DNA from: Eutreptiella sp. 'Long Island Sound 2002'
Lineage: Eukaryota > Protista > Euglenida
Length of the DNA: 64,000 bases
Reading direction: 5' to 3'
Assembly: GCA_964036045.1 (NCBI GenBank)
Contig: OZ038378.1
Location: forward strand, 3,472,001 to 3,536,000
The translations under genes and the position numbers were made by a program. Under the pieces are notes generated by a model. That model ran no database searches. It had not been told where the DNA came from and was given only the letters and a program-made list of their open reading frames with translations. The stretch's first letter is position 1, and each line of letters opens with the position of its first letter. Positions 50,365 to 62,371 of the stretch are shown here, one piece after another.

Positions 50365-51482
50365 ACTACACCCCTCTCCCCTTAAATTTAGCTAACAACA
50401 ACAAGCAACAAGCACGTCTCCATGCCGTTTTGGCCATTGCTCCGTCCCAACGCTTCGGATCTTTTGCCCATGTAGCCATCTTGGAGCCTAGGTGGTGGCC
50501 TTGCCAAATCCAAGTTTTGAGCCAAAAACTCACCGGTGGCGGCCCGGGGCGTGGGCGCCAAGTCGGGAGGTGCCCTCCCAAATCTGCGCAGTTTTGGGCC
50601 AAAAACAGCCATTTTTCGCCCAAAACAGCCCTAGTAAGGGTTCAAAACAGCCAAACAAAGGTAATCGGCTGCTACACTCCACGTGCGGCTTGACTTTCTC
50701 GTGACCAAGGGACCTTTGGTTCCCTCTAACTCCACGATATGTCCGAGAAACGGCCCAAAAAGGCGCCAAAAACTGCGCAATGTGCACCAGCACCCCAAAA
50801 CCAAGAACGGGCCGTACCTTGGGCTACGTGGTTCAAAAACGAATTCCGAGGGCACCTAGTCCACCCGCAACCCCCCACTTTTTATGGTTTCCAAGCCTCA
50901 GAACTGCCCAACGAGCCACCTAGACCCCCGTACCAGTGGTCACTTGGTGCAGCCGGAGGGCCGGCCAGCCCACGCATAGTGGGGGCCAACGGTGGGTCCA
51001 CCACGGTCCCCAGGGCGAAAAAATTAATTTTTTCCAAAGTTGTTCCTAGACCACTTGGGATGCTCAAACAAGTGGTTTTAGGCCGTTTTGAGCCCGTGGT
51101 GGCGCGTTTTGGGCCATGAAAAATCCCAAAATGCCTTGAAAATGGGCCGTTTTGGGACCAACAATGCGTCAAAAATGGGTCAAAAACGCGTTTTTCCAAA
51201 CATGATCTTGGACCATTTATGATGCTCAAACAAGTGGTTTTAGCCCATTTTGAGCCCGTGGCGACGGGTTTTGGCTCATTGAAAATCCCAAAATGCCTTG
51301 AAAATGGGCCATTTTGGGACCAAAAATGGGTCAAAAATGGGTCAAAAACGCGTTTTTCCAAAAGTGATCCCGGACCATTTGGGATGCTCAAACAAGTGTT
51401 TTCAGCCCGTTTTCAGCCCGTTTTGACCGAGTTTAGCCCCTTCCAGCACATGTATGCACCACTTTGTGCCCTTCGCACGTAC
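50365..51482 (+). mobile_element. TA-associated non-autonomous element, copy E1 (right end missing)
   Basis: Left end ACTACACCCCTCTCCCCTTAAAT. Body matches copy E5. Stops at CGCACGTAC before (TA)n. Confidence 0.8.
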
Positions 51483-51552
<70 letters not shown>

Positions 51553-51556
<4 letters not shown>

Positions 51557-52146
51557 AATACGCAATTCCCCCCCCCCTGGGCCAACCGGTGCACTATGGG
51601 GCAAGGTTAGGTACCCCCCCCCCTATTTTGGGGTCGGGAAACACAAAAAAACATGTTTTAGAAGTGAAATGGATGGTTATTAGTGGGTATTTGCCCCTAT
51701 AAAGGTCTAAAATGGCTAAAATTAGGGTATGACATCACTGCCGGTAGGATCCTAACCAGAGTACTAAACATAGGTACAATTGTGGTCCAAACCACTAATA
51801 CTAGCACCAAATCCCACCAATAATAGTATCATAGGACATGAAAATGGACAGGGGAGTGTTAAAAATGCTGAATTACCATGTCATTGGGTGTATATAGGGG
51901 TGGTGTGGGTTCTTTTTAGGATTTAGTGGTTATTTTTAGTACTCTGGTTAGGATGCAACCAGCAGTGATGTCATACCCTATTTTTAGCCCAAAAACCCTG
52001 TCTACAGCCCTCCCACTGTCCCATCCGAGCCCGAAACCAATTTTTTTGTGTTTCCCGACCTCAAAATAGGGGGGAGGGGTCCCTAGTCCTGACCCACGTC
52101 GCACACTAGGGTCCAGGGTGGGGGGGGGGGGGATTGCGTATTTGCC
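51553..52146. mobile_element. 594-bp MITE with GGCAAATACGCAAT TIRs inserted in (TA)n
   Basis: Perfect 14-bp TIRs followed by poly-C and poly-G. Subterminal inverted block CCCTATTTTGGGGTCGGGAAACACAAAAAA. (TA)n on both sides. Confidence 0.9.
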
Positions 52147-52198
<52 letters not shown>

Positions 52199-52273
52199 AT
52201 ATATATATATATATATATCTATATATATATATATATATATCTATATATATATATATATATATATATATGGTGT

Positions 52274-52311
<38 letters not shown>

Positions 52312-52314
<3 letters not shown>

Positions 52315-52622
52315 CTACACCCCTCTCCCCTTAAATCTGGAGTGTAGCAGCCGTTTGCCTTCGTTTGGCTGCTTTGAAGCCGTACTAGGGCTGTTTTGGT
52401 CGAAAAATGGCTGTTTTTGGCCCAAAACTACACAGATTTGGGAGGGCACCTCCCGACTTGGCGCCACCGCCCCGGGCCGCCACCGGTGAGTTTCTGGCTC
52501 AAAACTTGGATTTGGCAAGGCCACTACCTAGGCTCCAAGATGGCTACATGGGCAAAAGATCCGAGGCGTTGGGACGGGGCAATGGCCAAAACGGCACGGA
52601 GAAGTGCTTGTTGTTGTTGTTG

Positions 52623-52625
<3 letters not shown>
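52312..52625. mobile_element. Rearranged copy E2: left end fused to an inverted internal segment
   Basis: TTACTACACCCCTCTCCCCTTAAATCT is joined directly to GGAGTGTAGCAGCCG, the reverse complement of the internal CGGCTGCTACACTCC. Confidence 0.7.
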
Positions 52626-52669
<44 letters not shown>

Positions 52670-52670
<1 letters not shown>

Positions 52671-53712
52671 CCTCCAATCTACACCCCTCTCCCAACTCTA
52701 CGTGGCTCCACCACCCGGCTCTAAGGTACGTGCGAAGGGCACAAAGTGGTGCATACATGTGGTGGAAGGGGCTAAACTCGGTCAAAACGGGCTCAAAACG
52801 GGCCAAAAACACTTGTTTGAGCATCATAAATGGTCCAGGATCATGTTTGGAAAAACGCGTTTTTGACCCATTTTTGACGCATTTTTGGTCCCAAAACGGC
52901 CCATTTTCAAGGTATTTTGCGATTTTCCATGGCCCAAAACGCGCCACCACGGGCTCAAAACGGCCTAAAAACACTTGTTTGAGCATCCCAAGTGGTCTAG
53001 GAACAACTTTGGAAAAAATCATTTTTTTTCGCCCCGGGGAGCCTGGTGGACCCACCTTTGGCCCCCACTGTGCGTGGGCTGGCCGGCCCTCCGGCTGCAC
53101 CAAGTGACCACTGGTACGGGGGTCTACGTGGATCGTTGGGCGATTCTGAGGCTTGGAAACCATAAAAAGTGGGGGGTTGCGGGTGGACTAGGTGCCCTCG
53201 GAATTCGTTTTTGAGCCACGTAGCCCAAGATACGGCCCGTTCTTGGTTTCGGGGTGCTGGTGCACATTGCGCAGTTTTTGGGGCTTTTTGGCGCCTTTTT
53301 GGGCCGTTTCTCGGACATATTTTGGAGTTAGAGGGTACCAAAGGTCCCTTGGTCACGAGAAAGTCAAGCCGCACGTGGAGTGTAGCAGCCGTTTGCCTTC
53401 GTTTGGCTGTTTTGAACCCTTACTAGGGCTGTTTTGGGCGAAAAATGGCTGTTTTTGGCCCAAAACTGCGCAGATTTGGGAGGGCACCTCCCGACTTGGC
53501 GCCACCGCCCCGGGCCGCCACCGGTGAGTTTCTGGCTCAAAACTTGGATTTGGCAAGGGCACCACCTAGGCTCCAAGATGGCTACATGGGCAAAAGATCC
53601 GAGGCGTTGGGACGGGGCAATGGCCAAAACCGCACGGAGAAGTGTTGTTGTTGTTGTTGTTGCTTGTTGTTGCTTGTTGTTAGCTAAATTTAAGGGGAGA
53701 GGGGTGTAGTAA
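52670..53712 (-). mobile_element. TA-associated element, complete copy E3
   Basis: Begins TCCTCCAATCTACACCCCTCTCCCAAC and ends TTAAGGGGAGAGGGGTGTAGTAA, flanked by (TA)n. Confidence 0.85.
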
Positions 53713-53726
53713 TATATATATATATA

Positions 53727-53967
53727 TTACTACACCCCTCTCCCCTTAAATCTAGCTAGCAACAAGCAAGCAAGCAACAAGCAACAAGCAACAACAAACA
53801 CTTCTCCTTTCCATTTCGGCCATTACTCCGTCCCAACGCTTCGGGCTCTCCTCTACTCTAGCCTTCTTTTGCATTGACACATGCCCTTCCCAAATCCAAA
53901 TTTTGAGCCTCCAACTCACCGGTGGCGGCCCGGGGCAGTGGCGCCAAGTCGGGAGGTGCGCTGTCAA
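53727..53967 (+). mobile_element. TA-associated element, copy E4 (subfamily of E6), cut off by a LINE fragment
   Basis: Same left end. Matches E6 up to GGGAGGTGCGCT(G/C)TCAAA. Confidence 0.75.
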
Positions 53968-56290
53968 AGTGGAGGGGATGCGGCGGCTGCCACGGCGAGT
54001 TGGGGGGCCACACCACTGGGTGGTGAGGCAGAGCTCGCACTTGGCGGCGGTCCCGCTTGAGGCGCCGGACTCTGCCGCGGCCCGTGCAATGGCCCCGCCT
54101 GTACATCTCGTCCTGCCCAAGGAGCACGCCATCCTCTTGGTGCCGGGGGATGATGGAGAGCTCGAGCCGCGTGTGCCTTCCATGCAAGCCCTTCAGCACG
54201 TCAGGGAGATGGAGTGGCGCTCGCTGGCGGCACGCACCAGGGCCCACACGCCACTGGCTGGCGCCTGTGAGGCGGTGCCCCTGGGAGCTGTGCATCACGG
54301 CCCAACGCACAGAAATATGCTGCGGGCACGTGACGGTCGCTTGTCCACCATGCAGGTCATGCGACGGTGGAGGCAGACGCTCACACGTGTGGCAATACCG
54401 GCCCACCCCTGTATCTTCTGTGGGGGGCCGGAGGAGGACATTGGCCACATGCGCTTGCTGTGTGCGCGGGACGAGGAGGTGGCAAGGCTCCTGTGCGGGC
54501 TTGTGGTGGAGTTTACGGCGGAGCTGCCCCTGACGGACAGGGCGGTGGAGTTCTTGGCGTGGATTGGCCTCAGAGGGAGCACGGCTGCAGATGGACGGAA
54601 TCCCTGATGGCGGGTGTCGTTTCCGGGGACCTGAAGCGGCAGTTCGCTGCGGTGCGGGCGGCGTCGTCCCGGGGCCCTGCCAAGGCCAAGCTCTTTGTGG
54701 AGGACATGGTCCAGGTTGGGGAAGATGTGTATGCCCGCAGGAACCATCGGCTCACCCAGATCATGCAGCTGCCGATGCAAGATCGACGGAGGGCAGTGTA
54801 CGCATTCCTGCGAGGTGACACACCCTTCTGCCCGCCGGCAGGGAGGATCCAACGGCGTCCGCCGTGGAACCCGTTCGACGGCCTCCCCAGCGACCTGCAG
54901 GCGACCTTTCAGAGGGCACCGCTGCACGCACTGTTGGTGCCCTGGTCGTACATCGCGCACGGGGAGGCCATGTCCTTGTTCCCTCACTGGATGGCGGCGG
55001 TGCCGCAGGCCTTCAGCCAGTGGATCGGTTCCTGGGTTGCTCGGGACTTCCCGGCATTCAGGGAGTGGTCCCGCGTGGTATCGGCGCAGTCGTGGGCCAC
55101 GGTGCGTGTAGCGACTTACTCCTGGGGGGCGCCAGTCCGATCGGCTAGAGGCGGAGAGAGAGGAGGAGCATCATGTAGAGTGGTCCGGGGGTTGACACGC
55201 GGGCCAATGCTATAAGTAGGCTCGTCACTTCGTCGGTGGGGGTCGAACCTGCGGCCTGGCCGCTGCTGTGGCGGAAGAGGCGCAACCACGGGAGCTGGCC
55301 AATCAGTGCAGGTAAGGGTCAAGGGTAGGCGCCAGGGCAATGTATGTGGGCCAGATGAGGTGGACCTGGTTACCACAGCCCGGGGCGAGCCTCTGGTGGG
55401 TACCCCTACAGGGGGTCGATAATCAAGCTACGGCACCCACCAGCCCGAATCCCAGCCAGCGATATTCACGGGTTGCGCCACTCCCGTCGCGGGGCGGCCA
55501 GCGTCCCCCCCTGTAGACCCTCTTGTTATATTATACGTGGGCAAGCGGATGCCTCGAAGCTGATTGGGTACTGGCCCCTGACATGGAGTGCCGGCACGGT
55601 ATATATCTGGGGTGTGGGTGCAGCTCAGGGCCACGAGGACGTGGAGTTGCTACCATGTTTTCTGTACTATACTAGGGGACTGGTGCGGTGGGTCGGCGGC
55701 GTACATTATGGGGACATGGAGGCGATGAAGGCTGAGCGCCAGGCTAGGCTGGAGCCTCCCAGAAATCCTGGCTATGCATCTACGGGTTATTCCATGCTAG
55801 CAGTGGGTTACGTGGAGTCAGGGGTGGTGGGCATTTACGAGTACGCGGCTAACAATGGATTACGTGGGGTCACGGGTGATGGACGTCCCCATGGTGGCGG
55901 GGGTGCGCGAACAACGGAGGGTCCGCTCTTGCTTCGCCGCATGCGTGCTGCTTTGTACCTTGGTTGCTGCTCTGCGCCCTTAGGAGATGACCTTGCTTTC
56001 TGCTTGTTGCAATGCTGCTGCGTTGCTATGCCTTGCCCCTTTACCCCCGGGGGAACAAACGGGCCAGCGTCCGTCGCCGTTGCTAATGCTAACGCTTTGC
56101 AGTCGCCACTGCCCCCAAAGCCTGGTTGACCGGTATCCCCGGTCCTCTGGGTCCTCCGTCATGCTGTGGGCCACCTCAGGCAGCCCTGGGACCCACGGGA
56201 TCGAGCGAGGCAGGAACCACCTGTCGGCGCGAGATGCCCGGTAACTCCAGTAGACGGCATGATAAGTGGTTATGACTATGACTATGACTA
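53968..56290 (+). mobile_element. 5'-truncated non-LTR retrotransposon with a CCHC zinc knuckle and a (TATGAC)n tail
   Basis: HPCIFCGGPEEDIGHMRLLC (zf-RVT-like). Coding continues by frameshift to 55215, followed by a ~1-kb 3' region that ends in TATGACTATGACTATGAC running into TA. Confidence 0.75.
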
Positions 56291-56296
56291 TATATA

Positions 56297-57494
56297 TTAC
56301 TACACCCCTCTCCCCTTAAATCTAGCTAACAAGCAAGCAACAACAAGCAAGCAACAACAAGCACTTCTCCTCACCGTTTTGGCCATTGCTCCGCCTCATC
56401 GCTCCGGGCTCTACTCTACTCTAGCCATCTTGGAGCCCAGGTGGTGCCCTTGCCAAATCCAAGTTTTGAGCCGAAAACTCACCGGTGGCGGCCCGGGGCG
56501 GTGGCGCCAAGTCGGGAGGTGCCCTCCCAAATCTGCGCAGTTTTGGGCCAAAAACAGCCATTTTTCGCCCAAAACAGCCATAGTAAGGGTTCAAAACAGC
56601 CAAACGAAGGCAAACGGCTGCTACACTCCACGTGCGGCTTGACTTTCTCGTGACCAAGGGACCTTTGGTGCCCTCTAACTCCACGATATGTCCGAGAAAC
56701 GGCCCAAAAAGGCGCCAAAAAGCCCTCAAAACTGCGCAATGTGCACCAACACCCCGAAACCAAGAACGGGCCGTATCTTGGGCTACGTGGCTCAAAAACG
56801 AATTCCGAGGGCACCTAGTCCACCCGCAACCCACCACTTTTTGTGGTTTCCAAGCCTCAGAATCGCCCAACGAGACACACAGACCCCCGTACCAGTGGTC
56901 ACTTGGTGCAGCCGGAGGGCCGGCCAGCCCACGCGCAGTTGGGGGCCAACGATGGGTCCACCAGGGTCCCCAGGGCGAAAAAAATGATTTTTCCAAAGTT
57001 GTTCCTAGACCACTTGGGATGCTCAAACAAGTGTTTTTAGGCCGTTTTGAGCCCGTGGTGGCGCGTTTTGGGCCATGAAAAATCCCAAAATTCCTTGAAA
57101 ATGGGCCGTTTTGGGACCAACAATGGGTCAAAAATGGGTCAAAAACGCGTTTTTCCAAACATGATCTTGGACCATTTATGATGCTCAAACAAGTGGTTTT
57201 AGCCCATTTTGAGCCCGTGGCGACGCGTTTTGGCTCGTGGAACATCCCAAAATGCCTTGAAATGGGGCCGTTTTGGGACCAAAAATGGGTCAAAAATGGG
57301 TCAAAAACGCGTTTTTCCAAAAGTGATCCCGGACCATTTGGGATGCTCAAACAAGTGTTTTTGGCCCGTTTTGAGCCCGTTTTGACCGAGTTTAGCCCGT
57401 TCCACCACATGTATGCACCACTTTGTGCCCTTCGCACGTACCTTAGAGCCGTGTGGTGGAGCCACCTAGAGTTGGGAGAGGGGTGTAGATTAGA

Positions 57495-57497
<3 letters not shown>
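56297..57497 (+). mobile_element. TA-associated element, complete copy E5
   Basis: Left end TTACTACACCCCTCTCCCC, right end GGGAGAGGGGTGTAGATTAGAGGA, internal ~160-bp duplication. Confidence 0.85.
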
Positions 57498-57543
<46 letters not shown>

Positions 57544-57546
<3 letters not shown>

Positions 57547-58609
57547 CTACACCCCTCTCCCCTTAAATCTAGCTAGCAACAAGCAAGCAAGCAACAAGCA
57601 ACAAGCAACAACAAGCACTTCTCCTTTCCGTTTCGGCCATTAGTCCGTCCCAACGCTTCGGGCTCTCCTCTACTCTAGCTATTTTTCTATTGACACATGC
57701 CCTTCCCAAATCCAAATTTTGAGCCTCCAACTCACCGGTGGCGGCCCGGGGCAGTGGCGCCAAGTCGGGAGGTGCGCTCTCAAATCTGCGCCAATTTCTG
57801 ACCCCAAACTGCCTTTTTTGGCCCAAAACAGCCCCGGAACCCATTCAAAAACTGCCAAAGGAAGGGAAACGGCTGCTACACTCCACGTGCGGGTTGACTT
57901 CCTCGTGTCCAAGAGCCCTTTGGTGCCCTGTAACTCCATGATATGTCCGAGAAATGCCCCCAAAAGGCGACAAAAAGCCCCAGAATTTGCGCAAATTGGC
58001 CGCACACAGCCCGAAACCAAGAACGGGGCATATCTTGGGCTACGTGGCTCAAAACCCGATCTTGAGGGCACCTAGTCCACCCGCAACCCCCCACTTTTTG
58101 TCGTTTCCACCCCTCAAAATCGCGCAAACGGGCGCCTAGACCCCTATAACAGAGCCCGTTGTGCTGCGGCAAGCGACAAGTTGCAACCCAAACCGGTGGG
58201 TGCCAAATGGGTCCATCGGGTCCACTCGGGGCAAAAAAATGGCCGTTACCAAAGTTGCTCCTAGACCACGTGGGATGCCAAAACAAGTGGTTTTAGCCTG
58301 TTTTGAGCCACCGGTGGCCCTTTTTAGCCCTCCGAAAATGCCAAAATGCCTTGAAAAGGGGCCCTTTTGGGACGCAAAACGGGTCAAAAATGGGTCAAAA
58401 ACGCGTTTTTCCAAAAAATGATACTGGACCATTTGGCATGCACAAACAAGTCATATGAGCCCATTTTGGGCCAACTTTGACCCCGTTCGGCGCATCCAAA
58501 GCCCAAAAACCCTTGGAAATGGGCCGTTTTGGGGCCAAAAATGGGGGTGCCGTGTGCTAGAGCCGTGACGCGGAACCACCTAGAGTTGGGGAGAGGGGTG
58601 TAGATTAGA

Positions 58610-58612
<3 letters not shown>
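57544..58612 (+). mobile_element. TA-associated element, complete copy E6 (diverged subfamily)
   Basis: Same terminal motifs, flanked by (TA)n. Confidence 0.85.
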
Positions 58613-58648
<36 letters not shown>

Positions 58649-59853
58649 TCCCGTAATATACACCCCTCTCCCCAACTCCACGTGGCTCCAAGTCACAGCT
58701 CTAGGATACCGCATAAGGATGCCACTTGGCTGTTGGAGGTGGCTAGATGGGGCAACCAGGGTCAAAACGGGGGGGAAATGGGCTCAACTCACACCCATGT
58801 GCATCCCAAATGGCACGGGACCATTTTTGGAAAAACGCATGTTGGACCCCTTTTTGTCCAACTTTCGGCACCAAATTGGCCCGTTTTTAGGCCTTTTTGT
58901 ACTTTGGATGGGCCAATCGGGGTCAAAACGGACCCAAAATGACCTCATTTCACTTGTTTGTGCACCCCAAATGGTCGAATATCATTTTTGGAAAAACGCG
59001 TTTTTGACCCCTTTTTGACCCGTTTTCTTCCCCAGAAGCACCCATTTTCAAGGCATTTTGGCATTTTCGGAGGGCCAAAACGGGCCACCAGTGGCTCAAA
59101 ACGGGCTAAAACCACTTGTTTTGGCATCCCACGTGGTCTAGGAGCAACTTTGAAAACGGCCAATTTTTTGGCCCCGGTGGACCCCGTGGACCCATTTTGG
59201 CACCCATCGGTTTTGGCTCGAGCTTGCAGCTGGCCGCAGCATGGTGCGCACCAGTAGGGGGGTCTAAGTGTCCGTTAGGGCCATTTCGGGGGGTGGAAAC
59301 CACAAAAAGTGGGGGGTTGCGGGTGGACTAGGTCCCCTCGGAATCGGGTTTTGAGCCACATAGCCCAAGATACGGCCCGTTCTTTGTTTCGGGCTGTTGC
59401 TGCACATTGTGCAGATTTTGAGGGCTTTTTGGCGCCTTTTTGGGCCGTTTCTCGGACATATCGCGGAGTTAGAGCGCACCAAAGGGCTCTTTGACACGGG
59501 GAAGTCGAGCCGCACGTGCAGTGTAGCGGCCGTTTCCCTTCGTTTGGCTGTTTTGAACGCTTTTTGGGGCTGTTTTGGGCAAAAAATGGCTGTTTTTTGG
59601 CCAAAAATAGCACAGATTTGGGAAGGCACCTGCCGACTTGGCACCACCGCCCCGGGCCGCAACCGGTGAGTTGGGGGCTCAAACTTTGGATTTGGGAAGG
59701 GCACGTGTCAATGTAGAAGATGGCTAGAGTAGAGTACAGCCCGAAGCGTTAAGACGGAGTAATGGCCGAAACGGAAAGGAAAAGTGGTTGTTGTTGTTGC
59801 TTGTTGTTGTTGCTTGCTTGCTAGCTAGATTTAAGGGGAGAGGGGTGTAGTAA
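58649..59853 (-). mobile_element. TA-associated element, complete copy E7 (diverged subfamily)
   Basis: Starts TCCCGTAATATACACCCCTCTCCCCAAC and ends TTAAGGGGAGAGGGGTGTAGTAA. Confidence 0.8.
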
Positions 59854-59857
59854 CATA

Positions 59858-60295
59858 TCCTCTAATCTACACCCCTCCCCCCTACTCTAGGCGGCTCCAG
59901 AGCACGGCTCTAGGGTACGCCACAAGTGTACGAATTCGGGCATTAATGTGGCTAGATGGGCTAAAGTGGCTCAAAATGGGCTCATTTCACTTGTTTGTGC
60001 ACCCCAAATGCTCCGGGATCAATTTTGGAAAAACGCGTTTTTGACCCATTTTTGACCAGTTTTTGGTCCCAAAACGGCCCATTTTCAAGGCATTTTGGCA
60101 TTTAAGGGGGCCCAAAAGGGACCACCACGGGCTCAAAACGGGCTAAAACCACTTGTTTTGGCATCCCATGTGGTCCAGGATCATTTTTGGGAAAAGTTGT
60201 TTTTTTGCCCCCGGTGGACCCTGTTGACCCATTTTGGTGCCCACGTGTTTGGGCTCGAGCTTGCAGCGTGCGGCAGCCTAGTTGGCCCAGGTACG
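59858..60295 (-). mobile_element. TA-associated element, partial copy E8
   Basis: Right-end motif TCCTCTAATCTACACCCCTCCCC and internal repeats. Truncated by another repeat. Confidence 0.7.
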
Positions 60296-60459
60296 GAAGG
60301 GGTATACAGGTAAACGGAGTAGCATTCGGTGTAAAATGTGCATATTCTTGCATATTGGGGTCGGCCCCCGGCCGGGGGGTCCGGAGGGGGGGGGGGGGAG
60401 GGGGTCCCCAGGGGGGGGGGGGCAAACAGGGGGGGGGGGGGGGCTGAAGCTCTCATGGA

Positions 60460-60499
<40 letters not shown>

Positions 60500-61804
60500 C
60501 ATGTGGAACTGTTTCCCATAGAGCTAGAACGGTGGAAGGCCTTCCACTTCTGTGCACATGCACCCGCGGAATTTCCGATTCCTCTCCTTGTCCACCTCAT
60601 TGCCGTTCACACTCAGCCTGCGATCCATGAGGGAAGCGTATGCATGTGCCGTAAACAGACTCCCAACAACATGCAAGAAAACGCTGCTGCCTCGGTTGCC
60701 ACGGTGTGGGCCTGCTCCGTGACGAGTTTCATACCCGATCTTGCCAGTTGTGTGATGCAAAGCTGTTGGTGCTCGGGCAGTGAACCAGCCCAACCACCCC
60801 ATTTTCACGGGCCACGTGTTGTCCAGCATGCGCATCGGCCTTTTTCAAAGTGCATTCCCGTTACACATTGATGTTGACTGGAGATAGTTGAACTAAGACG
60901 AGGGTTGAGCTTACGTACGGTACTCATTCGCACCACGATCTGCACCAAATACCCAGTCTTCCGAAGTTATGAGTCCCACCACGCAGTGCATGCACCACAA
61001 ACCGTTCCAAACATTGAAACGGCTCATAGAATCAGCAAGTGTGGTGTTTGTGTCATTTTGATTCAGCATTCAAACTTCTATGGGGCTGTGACCTGTCCGC
61101 GGGGCGACAAGGGTGGGGCAAGGCGCAGCGCCACCCCGCCATAGCAGGCGTAGGGAAGGGTAGGTTCCACTACACCCTAGCCCGAAACCGGCCCTGTCAT
61201 TGACCCTTGACCTGCTGCGTGTACTCTTGATGGACACTTGGTGGAACTTCGGTCACGAGTTAAAAAAAGAAAACAAAGGCTGTGACCTGTCCACATATCT
61301 GCACCCACACTCCCCCATGTCTGCACACACTGCCCCCCATGTATGCACACCATGTTGTGCTGAAGGTATGCACCCCATGTCCCTTGTGTATTCACAACAT
61401 TCTCACTCATATGCACACGCTAACCCGTCTTTTATGTACCTAGCACTCTACCCAGCCCATGTGTGCATGTCCATGTTTGGGGCATCTTGATCTTGAGTGA
61501 TCTTGCGCGATCTTGAGAGAATCTTGCTACCAAGAAAGCCCAAAAGACACCACCCTTTCATTTCGATATGGGATACGGGGAATCTCTATTTCAAAGAAAA
61601 AGCCCCATTTGAACCATGTATGGATGCCCCAAGACGCACTGTCTGACCAGAAAATAGGTTCTTCTGGTTCTCCGCAAAAGCCAATTATAAATCTCATTAT
61701 TTCCAATTTGGTGCAGTGGGGCCCCGAAACCTCTTTTCTTTGCATCTGTTGGGTAGAAAACGGGGAGGGGCGGTCGCGCGCCCAACCCAGACCCTTACCG
61801 GGTG

Positions 61805-62371
61805 GGGATCTAGCCGCGCGGTGCGCGCGGTGCGATACACAGTGCAGTGCGCAGTGTGGTTAACCTTGGGCATTGTTTTTGTCGCTTTTTCACATGGCAC
61901 CGTTTTATCCTCCCCTTGTGCTTTTTTCAGCACCTCACCGGCCCTGCCAACCCCCCCGGTGAGCCCGTCTGCCGTGGCTGCGGGATAGGGCGCTCCATGA
62001 GGTGGTGTGGCGAAACACGATACGGGCCTTGTTGGACTGGGCCCCCACATGGTAGCGATTCAAAACGCGAAACGGACGAAACGGCACCTTGCGGGTTTGG
62101 GCACCCCGCAAGGTACATGCCTCTTTGGTGTGACGGCCGTGCCAAAGAGTGCGTCTTTCCCCTCTCATCATCAACCTACAGCGTCCCTCGGCAGGGGGTG
62201 TGGGCAGCTACAACCACCATTGCATTGGTGAGGAGGTAGAGTGGAGGCCTTCGTTGTTGTATGCGTACCCCTTAGGCCACCGCGTCCCTGCCAACCTGAA
62301 AATTCCTGAAAAAACGAAACGACATTGACCGCGCGGTGCGATGCGCGGTGCGTGCGGCGCGGCTAGATCCC
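61805..62371. mobile_element. 567-bp MITE-like element with 15-bp TIRs
   Basis: GGGATCTAGCCGCGC ... GCGCGGCTAGATCCC with subterminal GCGCGGTGCG repeats. No TSD evident. Confidence 0.6.

Noticed and set aside
55225-55305. Antisense tRNA-like segment (GGTTCGACCCC) in the LINE 3' region
   Set aside because: Only a B-box-like core, with no coherent cloverleaf.
50352-60521. Many ORFs in the repeat nest (for example 56421..57437, and YIYIYI-type ORFs)
   Set aside because: They are translations of non-coding repeats and (TA)n tracts. No enzymatic motifs, and frames are not conserved between copies.
61527-61745. Tc1/mariner-like IFWSD motif
   Set aside because: A single short motif lacking the following E and any other DDE motifs. 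Too weak to call.
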